From an uncultured Planctomycetia bacterium (GTDB taxonomy: Bacteria > Omnitrophota > Gorgyraeia > 1-14-0-20-64-10): DNA of 53,421 bases. The translations under genes were made by a program, and so were the position numbers. Position 1 is the first letter of the stretch. Each line of letters begins with the position of its first letter. The stretch spans positions 1 through 53,421 of the forward strand of contig CAYJTM010000002.1 of the NCBI GenBank assembly GCA_964373055.1. Direction: 5' to 3'. The notes under the pieces were generated by a model. The model was given only the letters and a program-made list of their open reading frames with translations, was not told the DNA's origin and ran no database searches. Shown in pieces: positions 37,366-44,042 of this stretch.

Positions 37366-38240
37366 CCTGCATGCCCCCACCACTTCGCTTGGATCGTCTC
37401 AACCGGCTGGTGCGCGACGGGCGGACCATCGACGGCCGCTGGAGGATGACGCCCCGCCATGAGCTGCAGTACCGCCGCGACGGCCCCGGCGAAGAGCTGG
37501 TGGCGGCGGGGGATCTGGTCTCCGCGGAGCCGCTGGGTCTGACGTTCCGGCTGGAGAAGGAGAGCCGGGAGGAGGACACGCGGCGCCGGGAGCTTCAACT
37601 CAAGGGGCGGTGGCAGGCCGACTCACGCAACCGGCTGACCTTTCGGGTTGAGCGGGAGCAAGGGGCCGTGGACATCCTCACGCTGGAAGGAGGATGGGAA
37701 GTCGGGCCGGGGAACGAGATCCAATACCGGTTCGAACGGACCGAGCGGAAAAAAGGGGCCCGAGCCCTCCACCGGATCCGTTTCGAGGGCTACTGGGAGG
37801 TCGGAGAGGACCGCCGGTTGGCCTACGTGCTGGAGGCCGGTTCCAATTCCGCTTTCCGGTTCCGGGGCGCGTTCCAGACCGACTCCATCCGCCGGAAAGA
37901 AGGGGCCCTCCGGTACCAGATCGGCGTAGAGGCCGAAAAGGGGAGGAGCTTTCAAACCGTGACGCTGTTCGGCAAATGGAAGATTTCCCGGGATCTCTCG
38001 CTGGAGTTTGAGGTCCCGTACGCCGGCGGGTTCCGCCGCGCCATGAAATTCGGAGCGACCTACTCCTGGGATAGCCGGACCTCGGTCTCCGCCCGGCTGG
38101 CCGCCCCTGGCGGCGGTCCGCTGGGGGTTGAGCTGTCGCTGCACCGGGAGTTCCTGCAGGGCCGCGGCGAAGCGTTCGTCCGCCTGCGGCGTTCCCTAGA
38201 GGAGACCGCCGCCGAGGCGGGCGCCCGGGTGCGCTGGTGA
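37362..38240 (+). CDS. hypothetical protein with internal beta-strand repeats
   Basis: Recurring G(R/G/Y/K)W(Q/E/K)...L.(F/Y) units. Overlaps both neighbouring genes by 4 nt. No family recognised. Confidence 0.5.
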   Translation: MTCMPPPLRLDRLNRLVRDGRTIDGRWRMTPRHELQYRRDGPGEELVAAGDLVSAEPLGLTFRLEKESREEDTRRRELQLKGRWQADSRNRLTFRVEREQGAVDILTLEGGWEVGPGNEIQYRFERTERKKGARALHRIRFEGYWEVGEDRRLAYVLEAGSNSAFRFRGAFQTDSIRRKEGALRYQIGVEAEKGRSFQTVTLFGKWKISRDLSLEFEVPYAGGFRRAMKFGATYSWDSRTSVSARLAAPGGGPLGVELSLHREFLQGRGEAFVRLRRSLEETAAEAGARVRW

Positions 38241-38707
38241 GCGGTGTGGTAGAATTGCTAATAGCCAAGAACCCCACCGCCGGGCGGGATTTTGAGCTGT
38301 TCGACCGGCTGGAAGCGGGGATCGAGCTCGAAGGGGCGGAGGTGAAGTCCCTCCGGGACCACAAGGTGCAGTTGAGGGACAGCTTCGCCCGGATCGAAGA
38401 GGGCCAGGTCTGGCTGTACGGCATGGAGGTGAGCCCCTACGCCCAGGCCGGCCCGTGGGCGCCGGAGCCGAAACGCAACCGCCGCCTCCTGCTCCACAAG
38501 GAGCAGATCAAGCGGCTGCAGGAGCAGCTGTCCCGCAAGGGATTCACGCTGGTCCCGACGAAGCTCTATTTCAAGGGATCGCTGGCCAAGGTGGAGTTGG
38601 CGGTCGCCCAGGGCAAGAAGCAGTGGGACAAGCGTGAGACGATCAAGAAGCGGGAATCGGAACGGGAGATCTCCCGCATGATCAAGTTCAGAAAAGGCCG
38701 AGTGTGA
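38237..38707 (+). CDS. smpB: SsrA-binding protein
   Basis: NPTAGRDFELFDRLEAGIELEGAEVKSLR...RRLLLHKEQI...GFTLVPTKLYF. Confidence 0.95.
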   Translation: MSGVVELLIAKNPTAGRDFELFDRLEAGIELEGAEVKSLRDHKVQLRDSFARIEEGQVWLYGMEVSPYAQAGPWAPEPKRNRRLLLHKEQIKRLQEQLSRKGFTLVPTKLYFKGSLAKVELAVAQGKKQWDKRETIKKRESEREISRMIKFRKGRV

Positions 38708-38711
38708 TATT

Positions 38712-38850
38712 GTCATCGCGAGGCCGTTGCGAGGCGAAGCCGAAGCAAACTCGGAGCCCCCTCGCTTCGCTCGGGGCAGGCTCCGGGGCCGTGGCGATCT
38801 CGGTTTTAAAGTGAGATTGCTTCGTCCGCTTTCAGCGGACTCGCAATGAC
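38712..38850. repeat. nested palindromic intergenic repeat, copy C (expanded or composite)
   Basis: GTCATCGCGAGG...CGAAGCAAAC...GCGATCTCGGTTTTAAAGTGAGATTGCTTCG-[TCCGCTTTCAGCGGA]-CTCGCAATGAC. Confidence 0.85.
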
Positions 38851-38862
38851 GGGCGAGGAATT

Positions 38863-39271
38863 GGGGGCGACCGGTTTCGACTGAAGGGGTTGGGTCGTGG
38901 TCGCGTGCCGAGGTTGTCCGGAGGCCTCGTAAAAAACCGGGCAAAAAGATACGTGCCAAAAATATGGTCAAGGGAATCGCTCCGGTGGTGCCGATGAGGC
39001 CCGCCGTGGTTCCCATGGCACTGGCCGCCTAAAAACAGGCAGCCCGTCTCCTGGTCCACGCCTGCTAGGCCGGTGAGACGTCAAATCGCAGGCTGGCCGC
39101 GGCCTGGTACCTCCGGGGGTCGCGGCGAGGATACCAACCGGGGGGTAGCCGGCTCCATGATCCTGTCCGCGGGAGCGGGGGTTGGCGATTTGCTCAGAAC
39201 ACGGACTACGCACGTAGTGGCGCGATTTGATCGGCTTCAACACGAGGGTTCGACTCCCTCCGCCTCCACCA
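38863..39271 (+). ncRNA. ssrA: tmRNA (ssrA); tag reading frame ends ...PMALAA-TAA at 39032
   Basis: 5' GGGGGCGACCGGTTTCGAC and 3' GGTTCGACTCCCTCCGCCTCCACCA form a tRNA-Ala-like acceptor with G3-U70. Lies immediately after smpB. Confidence 0.9.
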
Positions 39272-39292
39272 CTTCAGTGGTAAAGATTATTC

Positions 39293-39377
39293 GTCATTGC
39301 GAGCGACCCATGGAAGTGAAGCAATCTCCTTGTGTCCCGAGGAGTTTGCTTCGGGCGCTTTGCGCTCTCGCAATGAC
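39293..39377. repeat. nested palindromic intergenic repeat, copy D
   Basis: GTCATTGCGAG...GTGAAGCAATCTCC-TTGTGTCCCGAGGAG-TTTGCTTCG-[GGCGCTTTGCGC]-TCTCGCAATGAC. The apical loop is nearly identical to copy A. Confidence 0.9.
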
Positions 39378-40437
39378 GGGAATGTTCTTCTCCGGATGCG
39401 CGACGGCTCCGATTTCTTCCGGGCCCCTTTCTTCCTCGCTGCTGGCGCGCCGCGTCTATCTATCTGGAAACCCGTACCTCGATTCGGGATCGGTCGCTCG
39501 GGAGCTGTGGGGGCAGGAGCAGTGGGACCCTCAGACGCGGGTCTGGCGGCTGACCGCCGGCTCTCATGAGCTGCGGTTGTCGCCGCAGATGCCGGTGGCC
39601 CTGCTGGACGGCTCGCCCACTCCGTTGGGAGCCCCTCCGTTGATGCACCAAGGCCGGCTGTTGATTCCGGAACTGCTTTGGAGCGACCATCTCTTCCGCT
39701 GGAAGAGGTCCGCTCCGCCTGCTTCGCGGGCCGGCTCGCGGCTGAAGACGATCGTCGTGGACGCGGGCCACGGCGGCCATGACCCGGGCGCCTCCGGGCG
39801 GTTGGGGCTGAAAGAGAAGACCGTGACGCTGGATGTGGCCCGCCGGCTGGCGGACCTGCTCCGGCGGGACGGGTTCCAGGTGATCCTGACCCGCAGCGAC
39901 GACCGCTTCATCCCGCTGTACGGGCGGCCCGCGATCGCCAACCGGGCGGGGGCCGATTTATTTATATCGGTCCACGCCAACGCCTCCCGCAGCCGGGCGG
40001 CGGGCGGGTTCGAGGCCTACTACTTGTCGGAAGCCACGGACGACCACGCCCGCGCGCTGGAGGCGGCTGAGAATTCCGCGCTGCCGGCCGGGGTGGGCAA
40101 CGGCCACGCCGTCTCATCCAACAGTGAAGCGATCCTTTGGGATCTCCTCTACACCGAGCACCGGGCCGAATCCTCGGAGCTGGCGTCCCACATCTGCCGG
40201 GGGATGTCCGGCAGCAGTTTGGCCTCGAAGAGCCGGGGGATCAAATCGGCCCGTTTCGCCGTGCTCAAGGGAGCCCGCATGCCGGCCGTGCTCGTCGAGA
40301 TCGGCTTCCTCACCCATCCCGGAGAGGAGGTCCGCATGCGCACCCCGGACCACCGCCAGCGGATTGCCGAAGGGATCCGCAAGGGGGTGCTGGCCTTCCG
40401 CGATGAGATGGAGCGCAAGTTTGCCCACGCCAGGTAA
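39310..40437 (+). CDS. N-acetylmuramoyl-L-alanine amidase lipoprotein (AmiC-like)
   Basis: IVVDAGHGGHDPGA...ISVHANA...ARFAVL. Lipobox FFSGC. ATG at 39310 (alternative 39373). The track N-extension from 39073 runs through the tmRNA and is rejected. Confidence 0.9.
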   Translation: MEVKQSPCVPRSLLRALCALAMTGMFFSGCATAPISSGPLSSSLLARRVYLSGNPYLDSGSVARELWGQEQWDPQTRVWRLTAGSHELRLSPQMPVALLDGSPTPLGAPPLMHQGRLLIPELLWSDHLFRWKRSAPPASRAGSRLKTIVVDAGHGGHDPGASGRLGLKEKTVTLDVARRLADLLRRDGFQVILTRSDDRFIPLYGRPAIANRAGADLFISVHANASRSRAAGGFEAYYLSEATDDHARALEAAENSALPAGVGNGHAVSSNSEAILWDLLYTEHRAESSELASHICRGMSGSSLASKSRGIKSARFAVLKGARMPAVLVEIGFLTHPGEEVRMRTPDHRQRIAEGIRKGVLAFRDEMERKFAHAR

Positions 40438-41260
40438 CGCCATTGGTGTTTTCGACTCCGGGATCGGCGGGCTCACCGTGGTCCGGGAGCTGTTGCGGGC
40501 GCTGCCGTCCGAGCCGATCGTCTATCTGGGAGACACGGCCCGCGTGCCGTACGGAAACAAGTCGCGCGAGACGGTGGTCAAATTCTCCACCGAGAACGTG
40601 CTGTTCCTTCTGCACCACGACGTGAAGTTGATCATCATCGCCTGCCACACCGCCTCCAGCTTCGCGCTGCCGTTCCTTGAGCGCCATTTCCGGCGGCCGA
40701 TCCTCGGCGTGATCGAGCCCGGCGTGGAGACCGCGCTTGAATTAACGCGCAACGGCCGGATCGGCGTGATCGGCACCAACGCCACGATCGGCTCCGACTC
40801 ATACCTGCACGCCTTCAAGAAATGGGGACGTTTCCGGAAACGTCCCCATTTTCGTTTGAAGGTGACGCAGGCGGCTTGCCCCCTGTTCGTTCCATTGGTG
40901 GAGGAGGGGTGCGTGGATGACACGTTGGCGCTGCAGGTGGCGCGGCGGTACCTCAAGCCGCTTCAAGCCGCCGGCGTGGACACCGTGATCCTCGGCTGCA
41001 CCCACTATCCGCTGCTCAAGAGGACGATCGCGCGAGTGATGGGGCCGAAAGTCCAACTGATTGATTCGGCCCAACAGGTGGCGCTGAAGGCGAAGGAGAT
41101 CCTGAACGAAGAGGGGATCGCCGCTTTGCCTCGCAACGGCGCCGGGCCCGCCCGCCGCTTTTTTGTCACCGATGAGCCCAGGCACTTCGAGAAACTCTCC
41201 CGGCAGTTTCTCGGCCGGTCCCCCGGAGATGTCTCGAAGGCGGATGTCACCAAGCTCTAG
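40403..41260 (+). CDS. murI: glutamate racemase
   Basis: IGVFDSGIGGLTV, IIACHTAS and LGCTHYPLL motifs. Confidence 0.9.
   Translation: MRWSASLPTPGNAIGVFDSGIGGLTVVRELLRALPSEPIVYLGDTARVPYGNKSRETVVKFSTENVLFLLHHDVKLIIIACHTASSFALPFLERHFRRPILGVIEPGVETALELTRNGRIGVIGTNATIGSDSYLHAFKKWGRFRKRPHFRLKVTQAACPLFVPLVEEGCVDDTLALQVARRYLKPLQAAGVDTVILGCTHYPLLKRTIARVMGPKVQLIDSAQQVALKAKEILNEEGIAALPRNGAGPARRFFVTDEPRHFEKLSRQFLGRSPGDVSKADVTKL
40820..40851. repeat. perfect 32-bp palindrome inside murI
   Basis: AAATGGGGACGTTTCC|GGAAACGTCCCCATTT. It starts on a codon boundary and encodes KWGRFRKRPHF on both strands. Confidence 0.95.
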
Positions 41261-41930
41261 ACGGGCCGTCGTCCTGCTCTCCGGCGGCCTCGACTCCGCC
41301 ACCGCCCTTTACGACGCCCTCTCCAAAGGCTACCGCTGCTCCTGCCTGATCGTGGATTACGGCCAGCGCCATCGCCGGGAGATCCGGTCCGCCCGTGCCA
41401 TCGCTCGCGCGGCCGGCTGCCCGGCCTTCACGGCGAAGATCCGGATGCCCTGGGGCGGCTCCGCCCTCACCGACCGGAAGATCCGCGTCCCCTCCGGCCG
41501 TTCCATGGCCCGGATCGGCCGGGGGATCCCGGCCACCTATGTCCCGGCGCGCAACACGATCTTCCTCAGCATGGCGCTTGGGTTCGCCGAGGCCTCCGGC
41601 GCGGGGGCGGTCTTCATCGGAGCGAATGCCCTGGATTTCTCCGGCTATCCGGATTGCCGGCCGGCCTACTATCGTCTGATGCAGAGGGCCGCCCGGGCCG
41701 GCACCAAGGCCGGTGTGGAGGGGAAGGGGATCCGGATTGTGACGCCGCTGATCCGGCTCACCAAGGCCCAGATCATCCGCAAGGGGCTGCGCTTGGGCGT
41801 CCCCTACGCCAAGACTTGGTCCTGTTACCTGGGCGGCCGGCGGCCCTGCGGCCGCTGCGACAGCTGCCTCTTGCGGGCCAAGGGTTTTCGTGAAGCAGGA
41901 ATCTCGGATCCTGCTATCCTAGTCCCATGA
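41244..41930 (+). CDS. queC: 7-cyano-7-deazaguanine synthase
   Basis: AVVLLSGGLDSATA and the C-terminal Zn motif CYLGGRRPCGRCDSC. ATG at 41229 is an alternative start. Confidence 0.92.
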   Translation: MSPSSRRAVVLLSGGLDSATALYDALSKGYRCSCLIVDYGQRHRREIRSARAIARAAGCPAFTAKIRMPWGGSALTDRKIRVPSGRSMARIGRGIPATYVPARNTIFLSMALGFAEASGAGAVFIGANALDFSGYPDCRPAYYRLMQRAARAGTKAGVEGKGIRIVTPLIRLTKAQIIRKGLRLGVPYAKTWSCYLGGRRPCGRCDSCLLRAKGFREAGISDPAILVP

Positions 41931-42631
41931 GCAAAACGGCGCGGGTCATCGAGGTCTTTCCCTCCATCCAGGGAGAAGGGATCCATGCCGGGCGGCGGCA
42001 CCTGTTCGTCCGCTTCTGGAACTGCAACATGGCTTGCCATTACTGCGACACCGATTACAAGGGCCCTTACCGGGAGGTGACGCAAGAGGGGCTTCTCGGC
42101 GAGGTGGGGGAATTCGTCCGCCGGGACGGCCCGTTCCACGCGGTGAGCTTGACCGGCGGCGAGCCGCTCCTATGGGCCTCTTTCCTGAAGGGCTGGCTGC
42201 CGGAGCTCAAATCGCTCGGGCAGAAAATCTATCTGGAAACCAACGGCACCCTCGAGCCCTCCTTCAAGGAGGTTTCGGACTGGATCGACATCGTCGCGAT
42301 GGACCTGAAACCCCCGAGCGCCACGGCCGACCGCTCTGTTTGGACGGAGCATGACGCCTTTCTCCGGAGCGCGCGTGGGAACGGCCGGGAGCTTTTCGTG
42401 AAGGTCGTGGTCACCGCCGATACCCGGGAGGAGGAACTGCGGCAGGGGTTTGATTTAGTGGCGCGGGTGGACCGGGAGATCCCGGTCGTCTTGCAGCCGG
42501 TGACGCCATGGGGTCCGGTGCGCCAAGCCCCTTCGGAAGAGCAGATCGCCCGCTGGGTCCGCGCGGGAGAGGAAACGCTGGCTGATGTCCGCGTTCTGCC
42601 GCAGATCCACCGGATGCTGGGGGTGCGCTGA
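41927..42631 (+). CDS. queE: 7-carboxy-7-deazaguanine synthase (radical SAM)
   Basis: EVFPSIQGEG...FVRFWNCNMACHYCDT. Confidence 0.92.
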   Translation: MSKTARVIEVFPSIQGEGIHAGRRHLFVRFWNCNMACHYCDTDYKGPYREVTQEGLLGEVGEFVRRDGPFHAVSLTGGEPLLWASFLKGWLPELKSLGQKIYLETNGTLEPSFKEVSDWIDIVAMDLKPPSATADRSVWTEHDAFLRSARGNGRELFVKVVVTADTREEELRQGFDLVARVDREIPVVLQPVTPWGPVRQAPSEEQIARWVRAGEETLADVRVLPQIHRMLGVR

Positions 42632-43365
42632 TGGCGGGAGCCCGTTCCGACCAGCGCGGCCCCTCCGACCTGCGCCTTCTTTCCATCACGCCCGGTTACC
42701 TCAAATATGCCGAGGGCTCCTGCCTGATCGAGTTGGGCAACACCCGCGTGGTCTGCAGCGCCTCCGTTGAGGAAAAGCTCCCCTTCTGGATGCAGGGTAA
42801 AACGGCCGGCTGGGTCACCGGCGAATACGGCATGCTGCCCCGATCCACCCACCGCCGCAGTCCCCGGGAAGCGACCCGCGGAGGGCAGGGGGGCCGCACG
42901 CAGGAGATCCAGCGCTTGATCGGCCGTTCCCTGCGGGCCGTCGTGGACTTGCCCTCGATGGGTCCCCGCACGGTCTGGATGGACTGCGACGTGATCCAGG
43001 CCGACGGAGGCACCCGCACCGCATCGGTCACCGGCGCCTTCGTGGCGCTGGTCCACGCGCTGGAGTATCTTCGAAAGAATGGGGCGTTCCTCAAACTGCC
43101 GGTGAAGGATTTTGTCGCCGCCACCAGCGCGGGGTTCGTGGACGGGCAGCCGCTGCTGGACTTGAATTACGATGAGGATTCGAAGGCCCAGGTGGACATG
43201 AACGTCGTGATGACCGGCAAGGGGGATCTCGTGGAAGTGCAGGGGACCGGCGAGGGAGGCACCTTCACCCAGCAACAGATGGAGCAGATGCTGGCCCTCG
43301 CCAGGAACGGCGTCGAACGCTTGGTGGACGCCCAAAAAAAAGCGCTGAAGGACCTGCTCATTTAG
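42631..43365 (+). CDS. rph: ribonuclease PH
   Basis: GSCLIELGNTRVVC...WVTGEYGMLPRST..R..RE...G...GRTQEIQRLIGRSLRA. Confidence 0.95.
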   Translation: MAGARSDQRGPSDLRLLSITPGYLKYAEGSCLIELGNTRVVCSASVEEKLPFWMQGKTAGWVTGEYGMLPRSTHRRSPREATRGGQGGRTQEIQRLIGRSLRAVVDLPSMGPRTVWMDCDVIQADGGTRTASVTGAFVALVHALEYLRKNGAFLKLPVKDFVAATSAGFVDGQPLLDLNYDEDSKAQVDMNVVMTGKGDLVEVQGTGEGGTFTQQQMEQMLALARNGVERLVDAQKKALKDLLI

Positions 43366-44042
43366 TGGTGTCATTGCGAGGAGTCCGCCTTCGGCGGACG
43401 ACGAAGCAATCTCCGGTTTTTCTCTTTGCCACCCGCAACCGCCACAAGGTCCGGGAGCTGCGTCGCCTGCTGAAAAATGTCCCGGTCCGCCTGGTCACGC
43501 TGGACCGTTTCCCAACCATCCCTCCGGTTCATGAAGACGGCTCCACCTTCCGCGTGAACGCCGTCAAGAAAGCGGTCCAAACTTCCCGATACACGATCCT
43601 GCCGGTGATCGCCGAGGATTCCGGGTTGGAGGTCCGGGCGCTGGGCGGCCGCCCCGGGATCCGCTCCGCCCGCTTCGCCCTTCGACCCTTCGGCAAGCTC
43701 AGGGCTCAGGGCGAACGGACGCAGAATCAGATTGACCGGGCCAATGTGGCGAAATTGCTTCGGGTCTTGGCCCGCGTGCCGGCCTCCCGCCGCCAGGCCC
43801 GCTTCGTTTGCTTGACGGCGGTGGCGGCCGGCGGCCGGCTCATCAAGGTTTTCAGGGGTGCCTGCCGGGGTTCGATCGCTTTCGAAGAGCATGGGAAGGG
43901 CGGTTTCGGCTACGACCCGGTTTTTATCCCGGCCGGTTCCCGGAAGACCACGGCCCAGTTGAACGCCGCCCGGAAGGACCGGATCAGCCACCGGGGGCAG
44001 ACAGCCCGAGCGCTGGCGGCTTGGCTCAAAAGAGGTCGCTGA
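43365..44042 (+). CDS. rdgB: non-canonical purine NTP pyrophosphatase (RdgB/HAM1)
   Basis: FATRNRHKVRELRRLL, EDSGLEV, GFGYDPVF, ISHRG. The only available start codons lie inside repeat copy E. Confidence 0.9.
   Translation: MVSLRGVRLRRTTKQSPVFLFATRNRHKVRELRRLLKNVPVRLVTLDRFPTIPPVHEDGSTFRVNAVKKAVQTSRYTILPVIAEDSGLEVRALGGRPGIRSARFALRPFGKLRAQGERTQNQIDRANVAKLLRVLARVPASRRQARFVCLTAVAAGGRLIKVFRGACRGSIAFEEHGKGGFGYDPVFIPAGSRKTTAQLNAARKDRISHRGQTARALAAWLKRGR
43370..43414. repeat. solo left half of the nested palindromic repeat, copy E
   Basis: GTCATTGCGAGGA-[GTCCGCCTTCGGCGGAC]-GACGAAGCAATCTCC. No right arm follows. Confidence 0.8.

Noticed and set aside
39073-39309. N-terminal extension of the amidase ORF (track start 39073).
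   Set aside because: The extension runs through the 3' half of the tmRNA gene and repeat copy D. A lipoprotein signal peptide begins at 39310.
41163-41243. preQ1 riboswitch upstream of queC/queE.
   Set aside because: queC overlaps the murI 3' end, so there is no intergenic leader. No preQ1-like hairpin with an A-rich tail was seen.
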